Source: Candidatus Berkelbacteria bacterium Licking1014_7
GTDB taxonomy: Bacteria > Patescibacteriota > UBA1384 > GWA2-35-9 > CG2-30-39-44
DNA length: 58,358 nucleotides
Assembly: GCA_007376535.1 (NCBI GenBank)
Contig: VMGK01000002.1
Span: 1 to 58,358 of the forward strand
Direction: 5' to 3'
A program made the translations under genes and the position numbers. Below the pieces are notes generated by a model. That model worked only from the letters and a program-made list of their open reading frames with translations, was not told where the DNA came from and did no database searches. Below, in pieces: positions 28,273 through 40,370 of the stretch (positions are counted from its first letter, which is position 1; each line of letters opens with the position of its first letter).

Positions 28273-30141
28273 TCAACGACCCCTTCTGAGTTTTTGTTCT
28301 TTTTTAATGATTTGATATGTTTCTATAATATCATTTTTTTTGACTTTTGCAAACGGCGATTTTTTGACAAGTTTTGCGCCGCCAGTGGCGCCGGTCTTCA
28401 GAACTTTAACCGTTTGTTTTTCTAATTCAAGCGATTTTAATTTTACTTTCCCCATTTTTCTATGGTCGCGCCATTGATTTGCGTCTGTGTCAGGTAAAAT
28501 TTCTCCTTCGATTACTTCTAATCCCGCCACCACTTGGGTTTTAAACTGATGAAAGGTTTTAAGCACTTTGGCTCTGCCAATAATTTTTTCTTCAATTTCT
28601 GGCGGGAGTATTTTCTCAATTTCACCGTAAACATAGTCCAATAATTCATAAATTATATCAAAATTTCTGATACTTACTTTTTTTTCCTGGGCAAGTTTTC
28701 TAACTTCTGGAGTAAGAGTGGACTTAAAACCGATAATCCACGCCTGGCTTACCTCAGCCAAATTTACATCTGTCTCAGTGATCGCGCCCACCGCTTTGAC
28801 AATAATTTCTACTTTAATTTTGCTTTGGTCAATTTCTTTAATTTTATCTTCAATCGCTTTTAACGAACCAGCCATATCTGCTTTTATAATAATATGGGTT
28901 GAGATGTTTGAGTCCGATCCTTGATTGTGAATGCTTTTAACTGGCTGATATTTGGTATTTTGGCTAATTTTTTGACGAGCGATTTTTTCGTCTTTTTGCT
29001 CCTGGAAAATTTCTCCTGTCTCAGGCATTGAACGAAAACCAGCCACGAGAGCCGGCATTGACGGCGAGACATTTAACAGTTTGTTGCCACGCCAGTCGTA
29101 CATAGCTTTTACTTTTGCCCAGGTCTTGCCTACGGTGATAATGTCGCCAATATTGAGTTCTCCTTTTTGGACTAAGACCGTTGCCACCGGTCCAAAACCC
29201 TTTAATGTTTTTGATTCAATGACTGCGCCTTGCGCCAAACCCTTTTTCGTTGTTTTCAATTCAAGCATATCTGCCACCAAAATGATCAATTCTAAAAGTT
29301 TGTCCAAATTTTGATTTTTTGCGGCGCTAATTTCAACTGTCGGAATTTTACCTCCCCATTCCTCTGGCAATAAATTAATTTCCGCCAATTGCCTTTTCAC
29401 TTTTTCCGGATCTGCTTCTGGCAAATCAATTTTGTTAATCGCCACAATGATGGGCGCAGCCGCGCTTTTGGCGTGAGAAATTGCTTCAACGGTTTGCGGC
29501 TTGATGCCATCGTTGGCAGCCACGACTAATACCACAATATCAGTAAGATTGGCGCCGTGGGCGCGCAAACTTGAAAATGCCTCGTGTCCGGGTGTATCCA
29601 AAAAAGTGATGGCGCGTTTTTGGTCTTTGAGCGCGACTTCCACTTGATAGGCGCCGATGTGCTGGGTAATCGCGCCTGACTCCCCGCTCACAACATCGGT
29701 TTTTCGAATAACGTCCAACAATTTGGTTTTCCCATGATCAACATGCCCCATCACTATTACAATCGGCGGTCGCTCGTAGCCGTCTTTGAGAACTTCTTCA
29801 TCCTTTTCTTTTTTATTTGTGTCTTCATTTTCGGTCTCAAAACCTAATTCTAAAGCAATGATTTGTCCGGTCTCAAAATCAATCGATTCGTTAATATTTG
29901 CCATTACGCCATTTTTCATCAACTCCATAATCACGGTTTGAACCGGTAAATCTAATTTTTGCGCAAAATCGCGCACCGTGATAATTTTGGACAAAGCAAT
30001 TTTTTGTTTTGGTTGATCTGGCAAAAAAATCGCGGTATGATTTTCGTTTTGTGTTTTGTGTTGCAAAATATGCGCAGTATTAGAATTTTCGCGCGCCTGG
30101 GCTTTTAATTCCTTTTTGCTAAATTTTCTTTTTGGTTTCAT
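28273..30141 (-). CDS. infB: translation initiation factor IF-2
   Basis: [24 protein letters not shown] and NKID motifs, 622 aa. Confidence 0.96.
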   Translation of the reverse strand: MKPKRKFSKKELKAQARENSNTAHILQHKTQNENHTAIFLPDQPKQKIALSKIITVRDFAQKLDLPVQTVIMELMKNGVMANINESIDFETGQIIALELGFETENEDTNKKEKDEEVLKDGYERPPIVIVMGHVDHGKTKLLDVIRKTDVVSGESGAITQHIGAYQVEVALKDQKRAITFLDTPGHEAFSSLRAHGANLTDIVVLVVAANDGIKPQTVEAISHAKSAAAPIIVAINKIDLPEADPEKVKRQLAEINLLPEEWGGKIPTVEISAAKNQNLDKLLELIILVADMLELKTTKKGLAQGAVIESKTLKGFGPVATVLVQKGELNIGDIITVGKTWAKVKAMYDWRGNKLLNVSPSMPALVAGFRSMPETGEIFQEQKDEKIARQKISQNTKYQPVKSIHNQGSDSNISTHIIIKADMAGSLKAIEDKIKEIDQSKIKVEIIVKAVGAITETDVNLAEVSQAWIIGFKSTLTPEVRKLAQEKKVSIRNFDIIYELLDYVYGEIEKILPPEIEEKIIGRAKVLKTFHQFKTQVVAGLEVIEGEILPDTDANQWRDHRKMGKVKLKSLELEKQTVKVLKTGATGGAKLVKKSPFAKVKKNDIIETYQIIKKEQKLRRGR

Positions 30142-30276
30142 AGTAAAATAATAGATTTCTTCCGCAACAATTTTTCGTAGCGAAAGTTAAATTAAAATTA
30201 AGAATGAATAAAAGATTCAATCTCAAATCTCAAAATTCAAATCTCCTGCCCGCCATCGCTTCGCTTTGGCGACTTG

Positions 30277-32997
30277 TTAAAATGTCTTATGAATGAATTC
30301 TGATTTAGAAATTTTTTTATTAGATTGCGATCGCTTTATTACAAGAGGGCGCAGCCCATTACCTTGTGCGTAATTCTTTATTTTCGTATTATTATCTTTT
30401 TTTTGCTTACTAATGGGACGAGTGGTAAACTCTTTTTTTGGTTTGGCAACATTATTTTTTTTCTCACTTTCTTGGTCGTTTTTTTCACCCAATCCGCGCT
30501 CTAAAATAGTTTTTTCTTTATCAATTATTCCCACAGATGAGACCTTATCCTGCCCCTTAAAGCGCATCAAAGTAACCCCCATTGTGTTTCTCCCTAATCG
30601 TTTGACTGATTTTATCGGAACTCTGATGATAATGCCTTTTTGAGACGCCAGCATCAAATCGCTGTCATTGGCAATGCTTACAATCGCGCTTACTAATTTG
30701 CCGGTCTTAATTGAAACTTTGCTCGCCCGAACTCCAATACCACCTCGTTTTTGGTGTCTAAAATTATTTTTGATAATTGTCCGTTTGCCATAACCATTTT
30801 CCAAAATTGTCAAAAGATCTGGATTTTCATCTTGGGAAACCACCTCTGTCGCAATAACTTCGTCGCCTTCCCTTAATTTAATTCCCTTTACACCGGCGGC
30901 AGATCTGCCCATTGGTCGCGCGTTTTTTTCGCTGTAAAAAATTGCCTGTCCATTTTGAGACACTTGAATAATGCTGTCGCTGCCGCGCGTAGTTTTTACA
31001 AATCTTAATTCGTCACTGGCGCTTAATTTAATCGCGATGATACCGCTTTTTCGCACATTTTGATAAACGTCAATTAAGGTCTTTTTTATTTTTCCTTGCT
31101 TGGTTGCCATCACCAAATATTTCCCTTCTGATTTTTTATTGGGCACTGTGAGTACGGTGGTAATTATTTCGTCTGGTCCAAGTTGGATAACATTTGCCAG
31201 CGAGTGCCCTTTGGAAATTCGCGAGCCAGTCGGTATTTCAAAAACCTTGGCTTTGAAAATTTTCCCCAGATTGGAAAAAAACATTATTTCATCGTGTGTT
31301 GAAGCGGTTAAAATATGTTTCATTTCATCTTCCAATCTTGTGCCCATACCCATAATTCCTTTTCCTCCTCTCCGTTGCGCCTTGTATGATCCAACTGGAA
31401 TTCTTTTAATATAGTTGCCAGAAGTTATCGTGACAATCACTTTTTCGTCAGGAATTAAGTCCTCAACATTAAATTTACCTAATGGATTTTTGAAAATTTT
31501 TGTCTTGCGTTCGTCGCCAAATTTTTCTTTTATTTCTTGCAATTCTTCAGAAATAATTCTTAGGACTAATTTCGGATCCTCTAAGATTTTACTTAGCCGT
31601 TCGATTTCTGTTTTGATGTATGCGAGTTCATCTAAGACCTTTTGTCGTTCCAGTCCAGCCAACGCCGATAGTTTCATTTCTAAAATTGCGATCGCTTGAA
31701 TTTCAGTAAATTTGAATTTTTGAATTAAATTTCCTTTCGCCTCTTCGCGGTCTTGACTATTTCTAATGGTAGAAACAATTTCATCAATGTGATCAAGCGC
31801 GATTTTCAATCCGGCTAAAATGTGCTCTCTATTTTTAGCCATCTTTAACTCATATTGCGTTCGCCGCGCCACGACATCTTTTCTATGTTTAATAAATTCA
31901 AAAATTATTTCCTTAAGTGAAAGCAATCTCGGCTGAATACCGTCAACCAAAGCCACTAAATTCATATGAAAAACGGTTTGTAGCGGAGTCAATTTGTAAA
32001 TTTGGTTTAGTATTTTTTTTGCGAACGCATTAGAACGTAAGTCAATGACAATGCGGACGCCTGACTTTCGATCGCTTTCATCGCGAATATCAGAAATGCC
32101 TTCAATTTTTTTTGTCTTAACGAGATTGGCAATTTTTGCCACTAAGTCCGCTTTATTGACTTGATAAGGAATTGATGAAATTAAAATTTGATTTGCGCCT
32201 TTGTCATCTTCATCTATCATTGCTTCACCGCGGCAAACAACCGGACCTTTGCCGCTCAGATAAATATATTTTATATTTGTTCCGTCAAAAATCAATCCGC
32301 CAGTCGGAAAATCAGGACCTCTTACAATTTCAGCCAGTTCTTCTGGCATAATTTCGGGCTTATTGATTTGAGCAAGAATAGCGTCAATTACTTCTGATAA
32401 ATTATGAGGTAAAATATTGGTTGCCATACCAACCGCAATTCCTAATGTTCCATTGATTAAAAGATTAGGCACTCTGGAGGGCAGGACAATCGGTTCCTTT
32501 CTTGTAGCGTCAAAGTTTTCCGCGAAATTAACTGTCTCTTTTTCAATGTCAAAAAGCATATAGTCAGTAAGGCGCGCCATTTTCGCTTCTGTATAGCGCA
32601 TCGCGGCTGGAGAATCCCCGTCGACACTGCCCATATTCCCTTGACCGTCAATTAATTTATAACGCATTGAAAATTCCTGCGCCATTCTTACCATTGAATC
32701 GTAGACCGCCTTATCTCCATGCGGATGATATTTTCCCAAAACCGATCCTACCACTGTGGCGGACTTTCGGTGCTTAGCATTATATCTTAATTTCATTTCA
32801 TGCATGGCAAAAAGGATTCTGCGATGCACCGGCTTTAATCCATCTCTCACATCAGGTAAAGCGCGCGAGACAATTACGCTCATCGCATAATCAAGATACG
32901 AATCCTGCATTTCTTTCTCTAAAATTGTCGGTAGAATATTTTTGTCGTAATTTTGCAATTCGTTTTTTAATTCTTTTTTGGGGTTTTTATTTGGCAT
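30277..32997 (-). CDS. gyrA: DNA gyrase subunit A (long basic C-terminal tail)
   Basis: AAMRYTE active-site Tyr motif and GKYHPHGD motif, 906 aa. The last about 30 codons run into a repeat module. Confidence 0.96.
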   Translation of the reverse strand: MPNKNPKKELKNELQNYDKNILPTILEKEMQDSYLDYAMSVIVSRALPDVRDGLKPVHRRILFAMHEMKLRYNAKHRKSATVVGSVLGKYHPHGDKAVYDSMVRMAQEFSMRYKLIDGQGNMGSVDGDSPAAMRYTEAKMARLTDYMLFDIEKETVNFAENFDATRKEPIVLPSRVPNLLINGTLGIAVGMATNILPHNLSEVIDAILAQINKPEIMPEELAEIVRGPDFPTGGLIFDGTNIKYIYLSGKGPVVCRGEAMIDEDDKGANQILISSIPYQVNKADLVAKIANLVKTKKIEGISDIRDESDRKSGVRIVIDLRSNAFAKKILNQIYKLTPLQTVFHMNLVALVDGIQPRLLSLKEIIFEFIKHRKDVVARRTQYELKMAKNREHILAGLKIALDHIDEIVSTIRNSQDREEAKGNLIQKFKFTEIQAIAILEMKLSALAGLERQKVLDELAYIKTEIERLSKILEDPKLVLRIISEELQEIKEKFGDERKTKIFKNPLGKFNVEDLIPDEKVIVTITSGNYIKRIPVGSYKAQRRGGKGIMGMGTRLEDEMKHILTASTHDEIMFFSNLGKIFKAKVFEIPTGSRISKGHSLANVIQLGPDEIITTVLTVPNKKSEGKYLVMATKQGKIKKTLIDVYQNVRKSGIIAIKLSASDELRFVKTTRGSDSIIQVSQNGQAIFYSEKNARPMGRSAAGVKGIKLREGDEVIATEVVSQDENPDLLTILENGYGKRTIIKNNFRHQKRGGIGVRASKVSIKTGKLVSAIVSIANDSDLMLASQKGIIIRVPIKSVKRLGRNTMGVTLMRFKGQDKVSSVGIIDKEKTILERGLGEKNDQESEKKNNVAKPKKEFTTRPISKQKKDNNTKIKNYAQGNGLRPLVIKRSQSNKKISKSEFIHKTF

Positions 32998-33040
32998 ATT
33001 TTAAATTAAATCAAAAAATTATTTGAGATTTGAATTTATT

Positions 33041-34981
<1,941 letters not shown>

Positions 34982-34987
34982 TTAAAT

Positions 34988-35050
34988 ATTAGACTTCTTC
35001 CAAAATAACCTTTTCTACCCGTCGTCATTCAATCTCTTGCAGTATTCTAA
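34988..35050 (+). repeat. module G (ATTAGACTTCTTCCAAAATAACCTTTTCTACCCGTCGTCATTCAATCTCTTGCAG)
   Basis: Copies at 44818..44870 and 53744..53800. Partial copies at 5301..5333 (reverse), 46811..46845, 46906..46935, 58220..58250 and 30151..30187. Confidence 0.85.
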
Positions 35051-35115
35051 ATTACAAGGAATCCCGCTATGATGGCGTGGGGACGTGACAATCTCTTTGG
35101 GGTTAATTAATAATC

Positions 35116-36486
35116 TTACTCCATTAAAATTAATTCGTCTTTACCAAGCATTCCTTCAAAAATTGATTTTCCTTTATTTTTAATGATATAAATTTCGTTC
35201 TCTGCGCCAGATTGTTTTTGCAAAATCAATTCTTGCGTATCAATGTTTTGCGGCAATTTGATAACTAATTGCGCCACTTTACTCATTCCTACATCTGCAT
35301 CAAACCAAAACCCAAAAACATTTTTTTCATATTCTAAATTTGTTTCATTTATTTTTTCCACCTTACCATTGATTAAAAAATTTTCAAGTTGCGCACCTTT
35401 TGGCAGATAAACCCGCAGATAATTTTTGTTGGTCTGGGTGGGATATTTATCGCTCCGTTCCAAATTAGTCCGGGTGATTGATAATTTAACCGTATGTTCA
35501 TCTAACTCATAAACGGTCTGCTGAATAACCGACAAACTTGATTTGCCTCCGCCTAAATTGGCATTGTTAATATGTAAATAATTATTATGAATTTTATCGC
35601 TGCTAATTTTACCGCCCCAATTGCGCGCTTTCACAATTGACTGGCGGTTATCGTTAAAATAAAATAAAATGTTTTTTCTTTCAATTAAGTCAAGCGCCAC
35701 AGACCACAATTTAACACTGCTGGTTTGTCTGATTTTTTCTATTATTTTGGGCAGTAATTCCTTAATAATTGTTTTGGGCTCGTCAACGGCTAAATTTTGC
35801 GGATTGGTAAAATAATCATATTCAACTTCTTGCTGAATTTCGGCTAAAACATTAGTTGAATCAATCATCGTTCCGTCATCAAGTTTTACCGCGCCGGTGA
35901 TTTCCAAAATGTTTTTAAGCGCCGAGGCATTGATCGCCAAAATGCCGTTTATTTTGTCTTGGTATTCGGTTTCATAAAACCATTCAATGTCACTGCTTGC
36001 CCTTTCAAAATCCGCCTCCCAGTTGCTGTCATGCAAACTCCAAGAATTTCCCTCGCCTAACCATTGTTGCAAAACCTTGGGCTGAGCGACAAAATTTGCG
36101 GATTTAAATTCGTTGTCTTGGTGATAGATATTGGTTTCAACTAAAAAGTTTTTAATTTTTTTATGATTAATTTCAAAAGTGGCAAATGAACCGATAAATC
36201 CGCCGGTGGGGCGAAGCTCGGTGTTATTTTGAAAAAGCATAAGATATTTTCCATCATCATAAAGTTTCACCAAATCAATGGTGCTGGCGATGGCTTTGTG
36301 ATAAAAAGTTGTGGTGATTGAGCCAAAAAAAATCACCAGAATAATTAATAATTTAAACCAAAAAAAACTGCCGCGCGCCGGTTTTTTTTTGGCTTCCTGA
36401 TGCGGATGTTGAATTCTAACGGTAATCGGCAAACCAAAATTTGGACTTACGGAAGTCCGATAAATATTATCGATTTGTTTTCGCAT
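35116..36486 (-). CDS. membrane-anchored DUF4012-like protein (family from memory, tentative)
   Basis: 456 aa with a single TM helix (FWFKLLIILVIFFGS) and an NNTELRPTGGFIGSFA motif. Adjacent to a Wzz-like gene. Confidence 0.5.
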   Translation of the reverse strand: MRKQIDNIYRTSVSPNFGLPITVRIQHPHQEAKKKPARGSFFWFKLLIILVIFFGSITTTFYHKAIASTIDLVKLYDDGKYLMLFQNNTELRPTGGFIGSFATFEINHKKIKNFLVETNIYHQDNEFKSANFVAQPKVLQQWLGEGNSWSLHDSNWEADFERASSDIEWFYETEYQDKINGILAINASALKNILEITGAVKLDDGTMIDSTNVLAEIQQEVEYDYFTNPQNLAVDEPKTIIKELLPKIIEKIRQTSSVKLWSVALDLIERKNILFYFNDNRQSIVKARNWGGKISSDKIHNNYLHINNANLGGGKSSLSVIQQTVYELDEHTVKLSITRTNLERSDKYPTQTNKNYLRVYLPKGAQLENFLINGKVEKINETNLEYEKNVFGFWFDADVGMSKVAQLVIKLPQNIDTQELILQKQSGAENEIYIIKNKGKSIFEGMLGKDELILME

Positions 36487-37101
36487 TTAAGGTTTTAAAT
36501 ACTCTTTGATAAAAGCCAGGATCGCGCCCAGAACCAATCCGCTAAATAAGCCAATGATGACATTTTGCAAATTATTTTTTCCCGGCGCGAGGACAAAAGG
36601 ATCAGCCAGTTTAATCAGTGAAAAATTATTGGATAATTGTCCATCTGCTTGAAGCGATTTCATTTTTTCATCAATCGCCCTAAAAGCGTTAGTTAATAGA
36701 TTTTGCGTTTCTTCACCAGAACGAGCAGATGTCTTAATCACCAAAGTTGAGCTATCTGGCGCAAACCTCTGGGTGGTAAAGACCTTTTGCAATTCCTTTA
36801 AGTCGGTTGATGGCAAAGCCACATTCGCATTTTTGTAAATAGTTGCCACAAAACTCGGGCTCGAAAGCCAATATTCTACATTACTGGCTAAATTTCCAGA
36901 AGCCAAAATATTGTAATAATTGTCAAATTTATAATCCGCGGTTTGCTCTTGTTTATTGCTAAAAATCAAGGTAAGCGAACCCTGAAATTCAATCGGCTTG
37001 CTTGCCTGCCAAAAATATAATGTTAAGGCGAAAATAATGGCTATTGCAAAAACCAGCCATTTGTGTTTGCCTAAAATTTTGATGTAGTCCTTTAATTCCA
37101 T
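36487..37101 (-). CDS. Wzz/YveK-like polysaccharide chain-length determinant protein
   Basis: 204 aa with N- and C-terminal TM helices flanking a helical domain, and an MELKDYIKIL..W start typical of the family. Confidence 0.6.
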   Translation of the reverse strand: MELKDYIKILGKHKWLVFAIAIIFALTLYFWQASKPIEFQGSLTLIFSNKQEQTADYKFDNYYNILASGNLASNVEYWLSSPSFVATIYKNANVALPSTDLKELQKVFTTQRFAPDSSTLVIKTSARSGEETQNLLTNAFRAIDEKMKSLQADGQLSNNFSLIKLADPFVLAPGKNNLQNVIIGLFSGLVLGAILAFIKEYLKP

Positions 37102-37225
37102 AAGACGTCTTTTGTTAAATAAGAAATAAAAATGAAGAATTAAGAATTGAAATAGTAAATCGAAAATTTCTTAATTGCCTGCCCCGTAAAATTGCGAAGT
37201 AATTTATTCGGGGTAATTTAATTTC

Positions 37226-38362
37226 TTAATTATTCATTCTTAATTTTAATTTAATAAAGTCCTTTATTTTCATTCTAAATTGTTCGGGCGTAAATTGCAA
37301 GGCGCGCTCCCGGCATTCTTGAGATGAAAACTTTTTCTTTTCAAAAATCTTTATGGCAGAGATTACATTTTGATAATTTTGCCGGTCAAAAAAAATTCCG
37401 GTTTTTCCTTCAATCACAGTTTCTAACGCCCCGCCTTTTTTATAGGCAATGACTGGCGTGCCCGCGCTCATTGCTTCAAGCGGAGTAATGCCAAAATCCT
37501 CAAGCGCTGGAAAAATATAGGCGCGGGCATTTTGATAAAGTGAAACCAAACGATTGTCTGGCACTCTGTCCAAAAATGAAATATTTTCCGATATGGCTAA
37601 TTTTTCTAAGCGATTTCTGTCTGATCCAGCGCCCGCGATGATCAATTTTTTTTCTGGCATTTGGTTGAATGCCTTGATTGCAATATCATATTTTTTATAT
37701 GGCACTAACCGTCCGCCCATTAAATAGTAGTCCTGTTTTTTGGTCTTAGGCAAAAATAATTCTGTTTCAACTGACGGATAAATTACTATTGACTCCCGTC
37801 CGTAAATACTTTTAATTCGTTTTTGCACTTCGCGCGAATTGGCAATATAAAAATCCGGTCTTTGGCTGGCGCGAAAATCCCATTTCTTGAGATATGGCAA
37901 ATATAAATCTAGCAATGGACGCAAAATTTTCGGCACAGAGGTCTCCAGATAAAAATTTTTATCAATCCAAAGATATCTGGTGGGCGTGTTGCAATAGCAA
38001 ATATGGATTTGGTGGGGATTGCGTTTTTTAACTCCTTTGACTAAAGCGGAAGTGAGCGAAATCACCAAATCATAATTTTTCAAATTCCAATTCTCAATCA
38101 CATTAGGATAAAACGGCAATAATTTTTTATAAATTTTTTTGGAAAATGGCAGTTTTTGCAGCCAGGAAGTTATGATTTTATATTTGCCAAATGTCTGTCC
38201 GCAAACATCGGAATTATAAATTAAAGTATAGATTGTGGCTTGGGGAAAAATTTCTAAAAATTCTTTGAGCACTCGTTCAGCGCCGCCCATTTGCGTCAAA
38301 ATTTCGTGGACAATCGCCACGCGCAAATGATCAAACGAGTTGTTTGCTTTTTTGTTTAACAT
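37226..38362 (-). CDS. glycosyltransferase, GT4/group 1 family
   Basis: C-terminal EDFGITPLEAMSAGTPVIA (E-x7-E region), 378 aa. Confidence 0.85.
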   Translation of the reverse strand: MLNKKANNSFDHLRVAIVHEILTQMGGAERVLKEFLEIFPQATIYTLIYNSDVCGQTFGKYKIITSWLQKLPFSKKIYKKLLPFYPNVIENWNLKNYDLVISLTSALVKGVKKRNPHQIHICYCNTPTRYLWIDKNFYLETSVPKILRPLLDLYLPYLKKWDFRASQRPDFYIANSREVQKRIKSIYGRESIVIYPSVETELFLPKTKKQDYYLMGGRLVPYKKYDIAIKAFNQMPEKKLIIAGAGSDRNRLEKLAISENISFLDRVPDNRLVSLYQNARAYIFPALEDFGITPLEAMSAGTPVIAYKKGGALETVIEGKTGIFFDRQNYQNVISAIKIFEKKKFSSQECRERALQFTPEQFRMKIKDFIKLKLRMNN

Positions 38363-38368
38363 ATTAAG

Positions 38369-38397
38369 ATTATAGCAAATTTCCCATCAAATATCAA
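38369..38397 (-). promoter_or_regulatory. TTGATA-N17-TATAAT promoter with the -10 box 6 nt from the ATG (leaderless architecture)
   Basis: The reverse complement reads TTGATA tttgatgggaaatttgc TATAAT cttaat ATG. Confidence 0.5.
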
Positions 38398-38445
38398 CCC
38401 AAAGCTCCGCCGATATGGATCGGCGGATAAAATTTTTCTTAGCTC

Positions 38446-38467
38446 AAAAAAAGCCCCGAAGGGCTTT
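38446..38467 (-). terminator. rho-independent terminator AAAGCCC-ttcg-GGGCTTT-TTTT
   Basis: UUCG-loop hairpin plus T-run about 40 nt after the stop at 38509. A second perfect 9-bp hairpin lies at 38406..38427. Confidence 0.75.
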
Positions 38468-38508
38468 ACAAAGTTGAATGTGTTAAACGCAAATTGGGCT
38501 TAATTGGA

Positions 38509-38736
38509 TTATCTCGATGTTTCGATTACCATTAACCATCTTTTTGTAGGAGGATAATAATATACAGATATCTGGTTTTGGCAATTGGGACAGACAATTT
38601 CTTTTCCGGCGCATACATCACTTGAAATGCCTACCGTGCATGCTTTTTCATCAACCATAGTAGATAATTCGTATCCACATTCAGGTCTCGGGCAAAAAGG
38701 ATGCTCCCCGCTACTTCTTTGGTATTTGCCACTCAT
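38509..38736 (-). CDS. orphan 75-aa Cys-rich zinc-ribbon protein (paralogous to the N-terminal half of the 159-aa protein)
   Basis: ATG at 38736 is preceded by GGAGGTG. Contains FCPRPEC...C...C...CPNC. The track start at 38742 is a TTG. Confidence 0.65.
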   Translation of the reverse strand: MSGKYQRSSGEHPFCPRPECGYELSTMVDEKACTVGISSDVCAGKEIVCPNCQNQISVYYYPPTKRWLMVIETSR

Positions 38737-38738
38737 AG

Positions 38739-38846
38739 TCAAGCCACCTCCTGCCTTTCAGCGAGTTCTGCCTTTGCCTGATCATACATTTCTTTAATTT
38801 CTAAGTAAGAGTATTGTCCAATTCTGTCAATCCATTTGTTTTCCAT
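38739..38846 (-). CDS. 35-aa helical micro-ORF MENKWIDRIGQYSYLEIKEMYDQAKAELAERQEVA
   Basis: Below the track size cut-off. Preceded by the same 20-nt AAAAGGGAGGTACCTTGACA leader as the 159-aa gene. Its stop TGA is 2 nt from the next ATG. Confidence 0.45.
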   Translation of the reverse strand: MENKWIDRIGQYSYLEIKEMYDQAKAELAERQEVA

Positions 38847-38984
38847 TGTCAAGGTACCTCCCTTTTGGTTTTCATTTTCATCCATGCATCATTTCGCGAT
38901 TTTTCTGCTTTGTTCGTAAGCAGATTAGCGAGTTTGTTATTGTCATTCGTGATTGCTCGTGATTTCAATGCGATTGTTCGCGGT

Positions 38985-39563
38985 TCATTGGGCGGGCACA
39001 AACTCAAACGGAATTACAATTCTTGCCTTCCACGGCAATTTCAAGTATCCATACTCATGGACTAAATCCGAATTCTCTTCCGTTAATCGGTCAAAAATCT
39101 TGAGAATTGAAACCTTGGGCTTCACCTTTCCCTGAATTTCCTCCGCAATTCTCCATAAAGACCACCCCTCGGACAGTTCCATGAAATTAACCTTCTCTTT
39201 TTCATCCCAACCAATCAAGACACTGCCCACCTGAATGGGCATCTCTTCTTCCTCTTTTATCTTGGCTACTTTCTTTTCTGTCTTCTCTACTGCTGAAACT
39301 ATTTTCTCTATTAGTAAAACATTCTTTTCTTGATTCCTGGTCAATTGCTCAATTATAGAAGTATTTTCCCGAACTCTCTGGCTGATAGCCGAATTAAATC
39401 CGAGCAAATAAGAGAATGCTGCAAACACTAGAAGTACCCATATCCGCCAAAACCGCCAAAACCAAGAAGTGACAATCGTATCATTTTTTTCTCTCAAACC
39501 ACTCACCTCCTCGGGATTCGCTTCATTAAAATGGTATTTTGGCGCAAAGAGGTTTGAAATCAT
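38985..39563 (-). CDS. orphan membrane protein with a Trp/Arg-rich juxtamembrane segment, one TM helix, a coiled-coil and a LysM-like C-terminus (tentative)
   Basis: WFWRFWRIWVLLVFAAFSYLLGF TM helix. The C-terminal FMELSEGWSLWRIAEEI...KARIVIP resembles the LysM beta-alpha-alpha-beta pattern. An alternative TTG start at 39497 has GGAGG 8 nt upstream. Confidence 0.65.
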   Translation of the reverse strand: MISNLFAPKYHFNEANPEEVSGLREKNDTIVTSWFWRFWRIWVLLVFAAFSYLLGFNSAISQRVRENTSIIEQLTRNQEKNVLLIEKIVSAVEKTEKKVAKIKEEEEMPIQVGSVLIGWDEKEKVNFMELSEGWSLWRIAEEIQGKVKPKVSILKIFDRLTEENSDLVHEYGYLKLPWKARIVIPFEFVPAQ

Positions 39564-40005
39564 TGGGCAGCAGTTCTGGATTAACGCCTTTTTTCAGAAA
39601 ATGCGGTTGGTCGCAGTGGTCGCATTGCTTGACAACCCCTTTTGGATACGCGGCTTTTGAAACTTGTTTGCTGTTGGTATATTTGCCGCAATGGCAGCAC
39701 TTCCAGGAAAAACCGATTTTCTGTCCATTAAAATCTTCCGAATCAAAAGAGACGGTAACAGATAATTGCCATGGGTGGATAGCACCAGGAGCATAAACCA
39801 TATCTATCATTCTTTTGCATCGGGGACATCTTTTTCGCCCCTGTCTTAGAGTTTTGCTAACAAAATGGTGTGTAACACCACTTTGTTCAAGATAAGTTGA
39901 TAAATCAGCCGCGCAAATCATCTTTCCGTCTACAGCCGGACAAAGAGGTATTCTGCCGCAAAATCTTGTAGTAAGAGTAATTCTTCTTTCTGCTTTTTTT
40001 CTCAT
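39526..40005 (-). CDS. orphan 159-aa double zinc-ribbon protein
   Basis: ATG at 40005 follows GGGAGG. Contains FCGRIPLC, CPRC, CCHC and CDHC. The track start at 40011 is a TTG. Confidence 0.7.
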   Translation of the reverse strand: MRKKAERRITLTTRFCGRIPLCPAVDGKMICAADLSTYLEQSGVTHHFVSKTLRQGRKRCPRCKRMIDMVYAPGAIHPWQLSVTVSFDSEDFNGQKIGFSWKCCHCGKYTNSKQVSKAAYPKGVVKQCDHCDQPHFLKKGVNPELLPNDFKPLCAKIPF

Positions 40006-40033
40006 TGTCAAGGTACCTCCCTTTTAGATAACT

Positions 40034-40064
40034 ATTATATATCAAATTTATAACTGCAAGTCAA
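40034..40064 (-). promoter_or_regulatory. promoter TTGACT-N17/19-TATATAAT for the orphan operon
   Basis: The reverse complement reads TTGACT tgcagttataaatttga TATATAAT. Confidence 0.45.
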
Positions 40065-40083
40065 GTCCAACCAACAAACCCCC

Positions 40084-40117
40084 TACGAAATTACGAAATT
40101 TTTACGAAAATACGAAA
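40084..40117. promoter_or_regulatory. four direct TACGAAA repeats (spacing 8, 11, 8 nt) just upstream of the operon -35
   Basis: TACGAAA at 40084, 40092, 40103 and 40111. Confidence 0.6.
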
Positions 40118-40194
40118 ACACATATTCATTAATATTATCTCAAGTCGCAAAACATTAAAAATATTACAGAATATAGAATAATCCTAATTAGCCA

Positions 40195-40366
40195 AATCGT
40201 TTACAAATTCCAATGAATCAAAATCTCAAGGAATCATTGAACATTGAAATTTGGAATTTGATTGAACATTGATGTTTGAGAATTGGAATTTTTATCATTG
40301 AGCATTGAGAATAATTTTTATCATAAATCTTAAGTCAAAAAACTTTTTACTTTTTGATTTTTGATT
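40195..40366 (-). repeat. module E copy 4 (reverse orientation, with 25-nt internal duplication)
   Basis: Aligns to the reverse complement of 7629..7714 and to 11892..12115. Confidence 0.9.
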
Positions 40367-40370
40367 TAAT

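Noticed and set aside
38867-38984. 22-aa ORF (MTITNSLICLRTKQKNREMMHG) between the membrane-protein gene and the 35-aa micro-ORF
   Set aside because: It has no recognisable SD and is very short. I left it unannotated, though it lies within the orphan operon and could be re-examined with ribosome profiling.
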